From Paragordius varius (lineage: Eukaryota > Animalia > Nematomorpha), in the NCBI GenBank assembly GCA_964247055.1, contig OZ176051.1, forward strand, positions 6,696,001 through 6,760,000: a stretch of 64,000 nucleotides of DNA, written 5' to 3'. The notes beneath the pieces are model-generated. The model was given only the letters and a program-made list of their open reading frames with translations. It searched no databases and was not told the origin of the DNA. Shown one piece after another: positions 1 through 14,500 of this stretch; position 1 is the first letter of the stretch, and every line of letters starts with the position of its first letter. The translations under genes were made by a program, and so were the position numbers.

Positions 1-1335
1 GGGTTTATCCATTTTTTGGAAAATTAGTTTAAAGAAATGGTTTCCTACATTTTTAAAAATATAGCCTCAATATATTATTTTATGGATGAACCAGTGTTAT
101 GCAAAAAACAACACTAATTACATGAAGTGAAAATAGAGGGTTATTTAATAAAGTGGCTTTTCAAGATGGGTATATTAGACGGAGATTTAATGCATCACTT
201 ACAATTAAACCATCTCCGCTTTTCCGTAATAAAATAGAATTTTTGTGAACGGCTTGAGAGGGCGTGATGTTGGCTTTAAAAAGAGTTTCGTTTATTATGG
301 GCGCCTTTATTGATGACTAAAAAATACCCAAACTAATTACTTCAAACCGGATATTTTATAATTTTATTTTATTTTATTACTAATTAAAAATATAAATATA
401 TATATATATATATATATATGAAAAAAATAATATGCATGATATTATATAAAAAAAATAAAATGTATATTCTGCTTACGGGCATACCCTACATTTTTATATG
501 TATGAAATAATCTCAAAAATTATAATTTGAACTCTATTTCTCCTTTTTAGTCTTATTTTTATTTTCATCACAAAATTATTAAACACATATTTGAGTAACA
601 TTGTTGCGAAACATATATTTTATCCGTTATTTTTTGTTTACCTGTCCAAAACTGAACAATTTTATTCCAATTATTTAAAAGTATTATATTTTAATGATTA
701 TTTTCTAATTTAGCTATTTATTAAATTCAATAAATAATTAGTTTTAAAACTGCTGATATTTATATATTGAAATTCTAAAATTTAGCCCGAACTTGTTTAT
801 AATTTAATATAATTAGAGCTCATATTTTGCATTTTATTACTATTTTCTTATTATATTACTCTTTTTATTGATTGAGAAATGTAATTTATATTTTTTATGG
901 TATCCAAATTTATGGCCTATCAAGTTATTAAAAATTCTAATTTATTAATGATTAAATATATAATTTTTCCCATGTATAAAAAAGAGACAATTTATTTGGA
1001 ACACCTTAATTTTATCATTATTAACAAAGCTGTGTATTATCATCGTCGATGTCATTTGGGGCGAATAAGTGTTATATAATCCCTAAAAAAGAGAGGTTTT
1101 GCACAAATTTAAGATTAACTAAAATTGCTTTTAATTTTGATAAGGGGTGTATCCGCGATAAGCGGCGTGGCATATGCGTACGGATGTTTCTTTTATCTCA
1201 TTTTTTATCGTGTGATAACGTTAATGTATAAATATTTTTTACACATTTATTCGATAATGTAGATTTGATATAAGACTTTTATTTTCTGGTCATAACAGTA
1301 TACCTTATAAATTATAAAGGCATTTTCCTTTTCAG

Positions 1336-1391
1336 GCCGCTTTACTACCACGAAGAGTGACTAATTTTTTACAAAAATAGTCTGGCCAAGG
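1336..1391 (+). other. Probable non-coding (5' UTR) exon of the mucin-like gene
   Basis: It has a pyrimidine-rich acceptor (cattttccttttcag) and a strong donor (G|gtaagt), with stops in all three frames. A matching acceptor (ttttatag, 2574-2575) lies just before the signal-peptide ATG at 2595. Confidence 0.4.
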
Positions 1392-2515
1392 GTAAGTCTT
1401 ATCGGTTATGACTTAGGCTTATTGACGTGTCTGTGAACAATTTTGAAAATAGGCTGTCCAAATTTTCAAACATATGTTTATCACATAATGAAAGGTACAA
1501 TAAATAATATATAATAGAATATCAGAAATTTGGAATTTGGAATCGTTAAATTTTATATTGGTATATTTCAAACTATGTTTCGGCTTCTATTTATAACTAC
1601 CTGGAATTTTGATGAAATAACCGACTATATCTTAAACTATTTGCTTATCCATAATTTAAATTTGCAAATATTTACGATATATAATTTAAATTAATTGACA
1701 ATATATTACTATATAAAATCATTTTTAAAAATTGTAAACGTTTGGACTAGCGTATTGAATTTATATAGGGGGGATAGTGGTTGTTGGTTCTAGCCAAAAG
1801 GAGGTTCGTCTAGGTGATTTGCGTATTTATAATTCAATTTGACATAACTAGTTGAAAATGGTCATTTTTCAAAAAATTCAGTCGCAATATTTGAGAATTT
1901 GGCAAGCAGCCATAATTAAGTGACGAGGAGCCGAGAGGCTTGAAAAATACCTCAACTAGAATAGACGCCCCATAAACGATATATCTGAGGATAAAAAATC
2001 TGATGTGGTTATTATACTTTTCGAAAGAGTATTAAAGTTATTTTATTGTTAATAAATGGGCAATATTTATAAAACCGGTGTGATTTAATAGAAAGCCTTG
2101 GGCGCAAATATAAATGGAATAATTGGCATAATTATAATCACCAATTAATCCTTGCTAACATGTGGTTTATACGTTTTTGGGAATAATTTTCATTGTTCGT
2201 TTTCTCCTTTATGGTTAAATAAAATGTGTTAATATAATCTTAGTGGGTCAGCATACATTAATAGCATAAGTATTACCCATTTTTTTCTTTAATATAAGCT
2301 GATATGCTCTATCTGAAACGCCATGACAATACAAATTTTTATCATAATGTTCAAATTTCGCATAAAAGTTATAATATTATATTTTTCGATAGACAAAATT
2401 TAGAAAACTTTATATTAACTTAATTAATATAAAAGCAAAAAACCTTAATATAAACGCTTTTAAAATGTATATAAAACGCCAAATTAAATACATTTAATAA
2501 TATATAAGTTAAATA

Positions 2516-2551
<36 letters not shown>

Positions 2552-2594
2552 ATTACATTATAATATGTTTTATAGATATTTGTGCCATAAGTTG

Positions 2595-5500
2595 ATGTTT
2601 TTGATCATATGGTTGTTACCTTTTATTGCGCAAGTATGGGCTCAGATGCCAACAGGACGTAAATATTATATAATATCTTATATACAATACTATGTTTCTG
2701 ACCTATTGTTATATTAATAAAGCCTTTTTAAAACTCTCTTAGTCAAACGGCAAAAAAACACAAAAAAAATTGAGTGTGCATCTTTTTTTCCCTTTTTTAG
2801 GTGTAAGTAGGATTGAATACCGATTTTATGCATGACGACTGTGACCGCCAATAAAAATCAACAAAGTATAGATTGTTAATATACATTGAGTTATTAAAAA
2901 TAATTTCAACACTCAACTTTTTTGCTTAAATGGCATCTTATGATATTGAATTGCATGCATAAATGATCTGTCCAGTTATTATTTTTGACCGGTCAAAAGC
3001 CCAACCGTAAGTGGAAGGTTTAATATTGTAATTTGGGACTCATGAAACTTTAACACTCATGCCCTAAGCTGACAGTTATTATGGAAATATTGTGGAGTTT
3101 CGAGAGTCGAATTCTGGCACTCTTGCATAGTGTATTAATTATAGGTTCTTAACCATTCCAGTACCTGGCTTTTGGTAAACATATTGATAACTAAAATGAA
3201 TACGAAATCTACTGTTAAACTTATTTGATAAAAAAAGTTGATTTCTGAGAATTATATCATGTGTAATTATTTTAAAGCTCATGTTATGTTCCCTTATATA
3301 AACAAAATTAATAAAGATATTTATAATTATATGATATCGGAAAATCTTGAATTCGGGGCCATTCTGTTAAAATTATTTCAATAATACAAGATCGGAGTAA
3401 CTTATCACACTTTAGTATTTTCTACATAAACCTTTGGTGCATATACTATTTGCACTTCAAGAGTGTCCCTGAACACTTCAAGTTGGTCCTTGAACATTTC
3501 ATGTTGGTCCTTGAACATTTCAAGTTGGTCCTTTGACTTTTACATTTTGTTTTTAACTTTTATCAATCAAATCGTGTATTATATATCTAATTTGTTTTTA
3601 ACCTTTTATTATTTAACATAAATTTTAAATCAATATCTTTTCATCATTCACAAACCGTATATCTTTATCAAACTTAAAATTATTTTGGTATTTATAAGAT
3701 TTAAAACTTAAAAATATGTAAGCTTTCTGGGCTATTAATTTTCATATAAAACATTTTAAAGTTAATAATTTTGTTACATTGGAAAAAAATTAGTTTGACA
3801 CAAAAAAGTGGTTTTTGAATATAATATATTTTTTATGAATAAGTATATAATAAATATATAAAGAAAATTTGGTTAAAAAAGAATAAAATTAAAATAAACA
3901 TGCAAAAATTATGTTTAAATCAAAATTTAAAAATTTTAAGGACCAACTTGGTGTTCAAAGACCAACTTGAAGTGTTCAACACACTCTTGAAGTGCAAATG
4001 ATATATAAAGTAGCAAAAAATCTCGGTATTTAAAAATAACCATATTTAAAATTTGCAGAGCATTTTACGCATGCATTAGGTGGCATATAAAATAATATAT
4101 GTATACAAAAGATAATCAAAAAGCAAAATTCACTGATACGTTAAATCCTCAATTGTTTTTTAATATTTTATTTAAATTTTGTAATTACCACGTTTATCCT
4201 TTTAATTTTTCAATAAAATTAGCTGGTATTCAAATCATTCAATCAGCCCCAACACAGCCCATTAGTCTGACAAATAAAACGTTTATAAATATTCCTTTGC
4301 CGGAAACACCAGATGAGAGCATTAATAATGAAGTAATGGTAATTTAATATTAATATATATAAATTTACAACATTAGCGAAATTATTTGACATTCGTATTT
4401 ACTTCAACTTTTGCCGAATTTAAATTAGATTTGATATATCGATAAATTAATTACGACTTATAAATGGATGTAAATTTGAATAAAACACGACTTGAGGTTA
4501 ACTAAAAAATATCAAATGGGTCTTAAATACATATTTTCACCATGAATCCTATGAAATGATTTTGATTTTTGCATATGTTTGATTAAATCATCGATTTTAT
4601 GGTATTTGGCTATAACTGAAATTATTTAATTAGGTTGTATTGATATACATGCAGACTTGATTTGGGTTATTCTTTGTTAAATTTAATAATGTAAAAACCT
4701 AATTAAAATGACATATTATATTTTGATATCATAAAAGTATGCATACATCTACCGTTTTTAAACAAAAACCACTTTTGGGTAATTCAAATCTTTCTCACTT
4801 TTGTTTGTCTCAGCATGAAAATTTGGCCCTCTATACAATGGAAAACGCAACTCTTCCTGTTGGTGAAAATATAGGGGTCATAAAGGGCACTGAGAGCATG
4901 AATGAACCCCATTCAGTTGATACGTCCCACGTAAAACCAGCTGTGATTGGTTCTGCAGCGGCTATTGCATCAGCGGTTGGGGCCGGAACAGCTGTTTTAA
5001 TTGGAAGATCCAATATGTCAACAAGTATCAAATAACCTTTCTAGAAAAACTAACTTATTAATTAAAGGTTAAATTACAGTAAAAATGGAAATTATTAATT
5101 GGAAAAACGTAAAAAATATAAGATAACTTAATATTGGGATTATAATTCAGTTATAATTGAATGAATCCCAATATCAATACAATAACATAGCATAAAAAAT
5201 ATCTAATAATAAAGACAAATATTTGTTTTGAAAGATGGTTTACAATTTTAAGTTTAGGTCATTCTTTAAACTGCGAAAAGGGGTTGTCAACACAATCAAT
5301 TGTGTATATTATATTTGTTAATAAAATATATATGGTGAATAAGGTGTAAATAAGTAAAGTTGTTCTTTATAAAATAATATGTGTTTTTATGATTTTACGT
5401 TTTGTCTTTATGATTTCAATTTAAGAGTTAAATTCGCTCTGATAAAATGGCTTTTATTTGATCCAAATACTAATATTATTGTTTACGCTATTATTTAGCT

Positions 5501-8500
5501 GTTATGCCTGAAGTTACCATGACAACTACAATGCTCGAAGGTTTAAATATAATATTTTATTTTTTTAAAATTATTAAAGACACTTTTTTACATCTAATTT
5601 TTTGTTTTTTTACAAAATTACAGTAATGCATGAAGGTACTACGACAATTTTGCCAATAGTTTCTGCTGTTACACCTCAGAACGAAACCCTAGAAGATTTC
5701 TTTGAGGAACAAAAAGTACCCATAATTTATAATTTCAAACAATATTTTTATTATAATAAACTGTTTTGGCTCCTGTTTAAGGTCGATTTTTTTCACTGGT
5801 TTTATAAAAAAATGGGCATTCTAAACCATTTTCCTGTTGTTTCATAAAATATTTACCAAAAAAAATATTTAGATCCTAATTCTTTGTTATTTTGTCAAAT
5901 GATTTTAAAGTTCATTAAATTAGTAATTTTTATCACTCAATCAAAATAAACGGCTTATATTTGATTCTATAGAAGAAAATATGCTAGACAAATGAATGAA
6001 AAATATTATTAAATTTTTGGCCATTATATGTATTTATTTGCCAGCTTTTTAAGCGATTTGACAAAAAAATGCAGAAAAGTATTTGGGGCAAAAGGCATGA
6101 GTTAAAATTTTTTACGACTTTATTCAAATATATTTTGGAATATGCCCTTGAATGGCTGGCATAGAATGTATAGTTTTTGAACCCAAATGGTAGTTTTTTT
6201 CATAATTTTTTATCCCTCGGTAAAATATATTTCAAAAAGTATCGATGCTTTTTGTGAAAATAGCAGTCATATAAGTTCCACTACAATATTTTTTGTGATT
6301 TCCCAGTCACAATAAAACTGCAAAAGTCTTGGCTTTAGAAAAAGCCTTCAAAGTCTAATTAAATTTTGCCAAAAAAAAATTTTGTTTTTTAAAAACCTTT
6401 TAACAATTTAATTAAAATGGTACTATTTTGTTAAATACGTTTTTGTAAGTGTTTAATTATGAAACAAATTTCAGATCAACTGTTTATTAATATTGGATTT
6501 CGGACGATATCCGTATATTTTGTTTTAGAAGTGATGAAATTTAAAAATTTGTTTATCTTTTTATACAGATCTTTAAAAAAATTACATAATTATGATATAA
6601 TAAACTCTCAAGTCTGAAATGATTAGGGTTTTCAACACCCGAGAAATTCAAAATTTTCGTTTAATATTTATTTTTAACCTCAATATAATTTTAAAAATTA
6701 TAGTTGACTAATATTTTACCTTATTTTATATTTTACTATCTTTCATAGGAAATCAAAAAGGAAAACGAAATGGATTCAACTTTGGCGCCTGTCATTGTTG
6801 CCGGCGGTGGAAGTATGATGCAAATTTATTTTTAATTTCTGAAAGTTATAAGATATATTAGTTGAAAATTTTAACGCTACGATACATTAAATACTTGCTG
6901 ATCAGTGATTTATGTATGATATTAATACGGTTCTTTTTATACAGCTACTACATATTCAATTAGAAATGTTATTAAAACTAGTAAAAATAATATACCATTT
7001 ACAGTTCAAATTCACCCTTGAACAATTCAAATTCACCCTTGAACAATTGAAATTCACCCTCGAACAATTCTAATTCACCCTTGAACAATTCAAATTCACC
7101 TTTGAACAATTCAAATTTACCCTAAAAATAAATTATGTGTTTTCGAACTAATATATTTCATTATTAATATATATATGTTTATGGTATAGTTTATTATTTT
7201 TCAGTATAATTTTAACTTAAAATAGAATATTTATTTTTTAAAAATATATAAGATATATTTTTTAATCTTAAAAAACATATATTTTATTTGAGGGTGAATT
7301 TGAATTGTTCAAGGGTGAATTTGAATTGTTCGAGGGAGAATTTGAATTGTTTAAGGGTGAAATTGAATTGTAAATGGTATATATTTAATACTTTTAAGAG
7401 TTTCTAGTTAATTAGGAATTACAAAGTAAGGCATTTCCCTTTATTAACAGCCGTTGAATTCACGCAAATCTTTTAATAAATATGGACCATGTGTTATTTT
7501 ATATTTCAGAGATATATTAAAAATTATATCTATTATAAATGATATACTGAAATACACCAATGAAAATAAAATATGAATTATAGTAAACAAATTTCAACGA
7601 TTAATTCCCTTAGCAGCTGTTTTATGACAATCGCTGAAAAATTTATAAAAGCGATAAATTCCAATGTATATAAAAAGAATTAAATCTAGGCCAAATTTAA
7701 AAATATGTTTGCTTTAGTTTTTTCGGCGCATGCTTTAAAATAATTTTGAAAATCAAAAATTGTTATGAAATCCTTTCCTTAAACTTTTTCGCGGCCATTT
7801 TTTCCTAAGAATTTTTTAAATCGCCCTCAAAACAGAAATCTATATTATAATGAAAAAATAAACTTTAGTCAACTTCCATTATTTCACAAGCAAATTTTTT
7901 ATATTTATATAAAATGAGCTGTTTGTTTCTAGTGTTGTGGAGCTATCAATTCGAGACTCCTAAAAAACTGTAAAAATATAAGCTTTCTATTAATACAGGA
8001 GAATATTAAATTATTTTTAAAAAATAATGGTTTACAAGTTTAAGCTATGTGGTAAAAAACTACCCAGGTTTAAAACTTGAAAAGAAATAAATAAAGGGTT
8101 TAAAGACATTTTAAAATAAAATTACTCGCGAAAATTATATTGTTTAAATTTTTGTTAACCAGTAACGACAACTGTATTGCCACAAGCTACACTTGTTGAC
8201 ACAAGCGGCAAAATCATAAATGTCACTGTGATCCCAGCTACTGTAAAATCAGCTGCTGCCATGTCAGATGATACAAGTAAATTTTTTAAAAATAAATCTC
8301 GTTTGGTTTGATAATATTACTCGTAATTGTATAAAAAGGTATTTAAGAGGAGACACGTCCAAATACTAACTAAATCACCAAATAATAAATTAGCAAACGC
8401 ACAGCTGAAGTTTAACAACAAATAACATAAATGACTTTAACCTATAAACAAAAAATATTTTAACATTTGCCTAGTATTAAAATATTGTAGATATTGTCTG

Positions 8501-11500
8501 TATAAGCTGCCAACAAATATATTTTATAACTATTTGCCACAGTAATTAATAAATAAATATTGACCTTTACTTTTTTACATTTCGATTAAAATTTATATTA
8601 TTTTGGAAAATTATTGTAATTTTTAACATTTAAATTAATTAACTTAGTTTTTTTTTTAAATTTGTTAAATAGACGAGAATCCAGATGATGTTACAGCACC
8701 TGATTCAAAATATAATTTTCACGACCTCGTTTCCGGTCACGTGACTAACGTAACCACCTCTGTTGTTTCATCAGCTGTGCGATTGCAGTTTTTAACGGGT
8801 GATAATATTTATATTTATTCACATATAAAATTAGAATAATTAGACTTAAATATAACGATTTCACATATAAAATTGGGTAGCTAATTACATAAAACTTGGT
8901 GAAATTCTTTCGAGTCAATTTGAGATTAATATTTTTAAGTTTTTTAATCTACAGCTTTAAATACCCCAAAATATATAAAATGATATGTTTCGCATGTGAA
9001 ATCAAGATTTTTTATTCTAATAAAAATAATCTTTCATATGTTCTAGATATCCGAATTGTGATCTTCTCTTTAATTACTTTCTCTCTAATTTTCTCCATCT
9101 TCTAATTGACTAAATTTTTACTTTAACATCTTGTACAAAATTTAAATTTCTCTCTTTTCTTTCTGTATTTCTTTTGACGATACTTTGGGACGCTAACTAA
9201 TTCGGGAAGAGATCCAACTGATTAGCATATTAAATAAAGAATATAATAAATATATATAGAGATTTGTTATTAAGAGGCAGTCAAATCTAAATGTTGTGAA
9301 AACTAAATAGCTCTGATTATATGATTATTGATGAGCGATGCTTATTTGTGAATTAATCATTTGTTTATATTGGAGTTTATTATTTTATCAACGCATTTAT
9401 TCTACGCTTAGTCATGGGTAAATCATTGAAATTAATTTAATTAAGATTTCATGTTATGAGAAAATAACAGATTTAGTCTAAAATTTAGGTTAAAAAATTA
9501 AATATATAAAATTACCTAGCGCCTAAAACATCATTTAACCAAAACCATTTTTTGTGCGTGATTTTGTGTTATGAAAATTTCTAAAATTACAGATTTTAAT
9601 GATCCATAAACTACCTAATTATATTATATTAAATAATTGACAGCGGGTAATATGTAAAAAAAATCATTATAAAGATTGGAAGACCAATTATAATACTTAT
9701 ATATGGTCTGTATTTAATTAGACGACCTAACTTTTCTGATATACTCTATAAAACAAAGTTTGGCGCTTTATGCATATATTACGCCTGTACTTTAATTAAA
9801 ACTCAAAATGTTAGACTCAGCGGTATACCAAATTTCAAACTATATACCCGTGTTGCTAAATATACAATGAACGTAAAGACATAAAAAATATTTATTTTCT
9901 AAAGACAACCATACTTTTTAAACTAAATTTCTTATATAAATCATTACGATTGTGAAATATGCAATCGATTACCAATTAAAATCTCTCTCTCTCTCTCTTT
10001 GCAATTTTTTTTTAAAAAATATTTGTCTTTACATCTTGTCTGTAATAATTTATATTATTACTGTACTTTACAATTTTATTCATAAATTAACGGTTTAATT
10101 AAAGAAGCCGTCAGAGGGCACATATACGATTTCTATTTCTCTCATGTGATATTAAACGACAAACACACAGGGTGAGCTCACCAAAAATTGGCCATTTATT
10201 ACCATCATTCAGTAATCATGTCAAATTGTGCCTGTAAAAGAAGTTTGCTGTATTCATTCAGAGAAAAGAGTGAAAGTTATCCTTTGGGGGACACATACAT
10301 ATGGTAAATAGCTCTATTCACGTATGAAAACATGATATCAAAATATTATATTTTTTAATATCATGTGAAAGAGTGTTAATTATATCGCACAGTTATTTAC
10401 AATCCTGCAACACGAAAAAAAATCCAATCGAATTTAGGCGGGTGTTGATCAATTATGTTGTAAGCGGAAAAATCGGGGCTTTCATCTTGCCATGCCGTTC
10501 CTCCGACAATAAGGCCAACGCTTCGGCAACCATGCTCTGTGTGTGGGACCAGAGCGGCATTGTACATTGTAAGCTTTTGAAGTACAGCAAAATCGTTTAT
10601 ACCCAACACTGTAAACATAATTAAAAGCACGCATTAATCGAAAAATATCCCGAATGAGCCAGAAATAGGGTTGTGCTGACCAAGTCATGACCCGGTCAAC
10701 TATTTATTTTTTGACCATGGTCATTTAAAAAACAGCTGTTTTTTGAAAAATACTGGTAAATGTTTTTGGAAGAGAGATAGTTAGATTTTATTGTTTTTTA
10801 TATTTTTTAAAAATATAAATTAAATATTTAAATATGCTTATTTAGCAATATAAAATTGTTAAACATGATCCTTATACATTTAAGCATATCCAATTATTTC
10901 GAGAAACAAAACAATCAAGCACTTTGCAAAATATGCAATTATTCCATATATGTGAACCAATAAAATGAATCATTTCATAATTGGATTGATGAAAGAAAGT
11001 GTGAAACATATTAGGAAAAATTTATATTTGAAATATCCAGTATTAAAAGCTATTTACTTGAAGAAGACCACTAACATGGGGCAAAATTTTGACACCAAAA
11101 TTCTTGATTAAATTTGATTCAAAATATTTGTGAATAATCAATATCAAAAAAATGTAAAATACCAATTTCTAAGAAAAAATATGACGTTATTTGAGTGAAA
11201 CGCAAGTGTCGTCGAACATTATTTTCATCCAATATCGCATGGTATTTAAAAAGTGGTCACGGACTTTTTTGAAAAATTAGTCAAATGAACAACCCTAGCC
11301 AGAAAAATAAAATAATTTGCTATATTACAATGCTTCATCTCGCACAGCTAAACAAATGTAAGGCTCCTTATAATCACTTTATAAAGAAATTTTTCCGCAT
11401 CCGCCTCTTGGCCTGGCGCTATCTGAATGATAAAACTTCACGGCACACCCTTGCAGAGCGGTAATTCGATATTGAAAACTTTGGAAAATGTTGGCAAATG

Positions 11501-14500
11501 GTTTGTCGGAAAGGTTAATCAGATTTTCTGGGTCGGCATTCCATCCCATTAAGAAAATGTGTAGACGCCGATGTAAAATATTTTGAATAAAATAAATAAT
11601 TAATTTCCATTAAATATTACATATGCTTTTACCAAACAGGTGAAAATATATGATACATCTGGTAAATAAAATCGGTTTTGCACAACTTTGAGCGTTTTTA
11701 TTAAACAAAACTTATTTTATCGCGGATCATGGCTTTTAATGTTAATTTAATTTGAGTGTATTTTATTAGATTGGCGATTAATTAATTCAAAGTCCATTCC
11801 TGTTATAAAACCAATCAAACAATGGAATATAGTATATTGAAAAATAATTTGGATAATAGCATTATCAAAAACTTTTAACTTAATAAGCGCATTATTTGCG
11901 ATTTTTCACAACTATGTATTAATGACATTTGGATCCAACCAATAAATACTTATATATCAAAGTGGGTATAATATTTTTTCATAATTTTGTGTATAAATGG
12001 TTTACAAACAGTATATAAATTCCTAACTTCAAATAAATTTGAATATTTTTTTATTTTATATCAATTAAAATACAACTTTTTTTCCATTTAATTTAATGGA
12101 ACAATTGGAAGTCAATTTTTGTATATGGTTTTTTGCTACCGTTTATATCTGAAACGGCACGCGGCTTCAGAGTATTATTAGTACCTAATCTCTTACAATC
12201 TGACTTTCTATATAAGAAAAAACATGACTCTTAGTTCTAACCATATGGCCATAATTCCATATTTGGCCAAAATCGAAAATACGCGTTTTTTCTGCTACAT
12301 TAGATTGACACGAAAATAATATATATATATATCAATTGAATTTTATTTGCGTTTATAAAACATGCGTAACAAAATATGTGTATTTAGATTTTTTTATCAG
12401 AAAAATACATATATATATTATACCATGTACAATTCAAATTCACCCTAAAACAATTCAAATTCCACCCCTAACTACCCTTGAAAATTTCGAATTCACCCTA
12501 CAAATAAATTATGTGTTTTTGGACTAATATAACTCTTCATTAATATGAAATATATTTTTACGACATAGTTTATTATCAGTATTTTATTAATTACAGTAAA
12601 ATAAAGGTAATTTTTAATGTAGAAAAACACATAATTTATTTTAGGGTGAATTTGAATTGTTCAAGGGTAATTTGAACTCTAAATGGCATATATTATGTAT
12701 TAAATCTTTGAATGGCGGAAGTTAGAAAAAAGTCATTTTTGATTAGTAAATATATTAAATTATGCTAAAAGCATCTTCATCGATTATTAGTTATAATTAT
12801 TATTTTGTTCCTGACCTGCACATTGTATGCTAATTCAATCCTTTTTTATAAATAGTAGCCATGATAAGGTAATGAAATCTGCCTCTTAACGGATATTTTG
12901 CAGAATGTTTCTAGTGTGGTTAAATATTATAAACAAATATTTTATCATTTAATCAAATTTTACACAGTCGATTAACAAAAATATATAATATTTTCAGACT
13001 CGACGATAGAAACTAATGAGAATCAAAATATCCCTCTGAATAATTGCACAACATCCCCACCATTAATACAAGAATTAACTAATGAGTCTTTGCTTCTAAA
13101 TTTAAAAGGTTTCACTTAAATTTATTACTTATTCAATATAATATATATATACTGTGATAAAAAAGGGGTTAATTTTTTTTGACAAAAATTTTTTTTCATG
13201 AGATAGCTTATGACCTGTGAATTCATTTGCCGCAAAAATTTAAATATGTTGATGACCTAGTTTTTAAATTTTTACTGGGATATGTACGAATTTTTGGTAG
13301 ATTTTCCATTACTTGTAAATTTTATTTTGTATTTATTTATATATTTATAATTCTCGCGGATGTAATTCCAAAATAATACATTATTTTTTTTACACCTTCA
13401 TAAACTAGATGACAAAAAAATGAAAAAATAAAAAACAATATTTTTTGTTTTATTTTGATATAGAAGCTTTTTTACTGAATAAAATATGAATGTTAAGATT
13501 TTAAAAGTGAGTTTAGCTAATAAATAATTAAATTATTTTAACATAGTTTCATAAAAAAATTTGTCTTTTATGTGTGTTAAAAGAAAAACGCCATCTTTTG
13601 AACTGAGATTTTATAGAAACCGCTATTTTTCTATTGAAATACCGAAAATGAATAAATCTATCACAACTTTTATCATTATTTTTTAATTTATCCTTAATTA
13701 TCCTTATTATTCACTTTTTGCCCAATTTCGATTTTCTCTCAATATTTGAAAAACTTGGTAACAAATGAAAATTTTTACGGCAAATGAATACGCTGGTCAT
13801 GAGCTATTTCTAAGTTTATTTTTTTGCACACAGTGTATATACATATATGTTATTTATTTTCTACGAGTTTGTCCGTTTTTAGTATAATAAAAAATGAATA
13901 AATAAGGGCAGTTTTGATGTGAAAATTAAATATATAAAAAAATTAAATCAATTAATACTTTAGAACTGTTAAATCTTTCTATGGATGGCTGGAAAACTGC
14001 TGATAATTATGACTCATCAGCTGATTACGAGGTATTTATATTTAAATTATTTGATTTTCTATAAATTAGTTATAGAATATCAATATTCACTCTAAAAAAT
14101 ATATTAAAATAGATAAATATAGAATCATCAACTCCAACAGAAACAATATTTGGTATGATTTTTGTTTTTCCCTAAAGTTTTCATAATTATTTAATGTGTT
14201 TCATAAAAAATACAGAATATACTACAACAACCATTAATACACCTACCAATATATCGTCTATCACATTGGAAACAGCTGACAATTCTGCCTCAAATGACAA
14301 AAGTAATGCGAGCACACCTATAAAATTTTCAACACCTCAATTAAGTATTATGACTGATACAACCAAGTTTTCTGCTCCCGAAACAACATTAACATCTCCC
14401 GATCCAATTGTTACGACTATTGCATCCGATTTAACAACCACAAAACCCATATTTTCAATATCCACTTCTAATTATACAAGTGCATCTTTTTTCCCAATAT

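Noticed and set aside
2801-2865. Possible alternative start exon MTTVTANKNQQ for the mucin gene
   Set aside because: It is phase-compatible with exon 2, but it cannot be joined in frame to the signal-peptide exon and has no signal peptide. The 2595 start is much better supported.
3470-3530. GAA...TTC arrays as heat-shock elements
   Set aside because: The spacing is GAA-N3-TTC, whereas canonical HSEs need GAA-N2-TTC.
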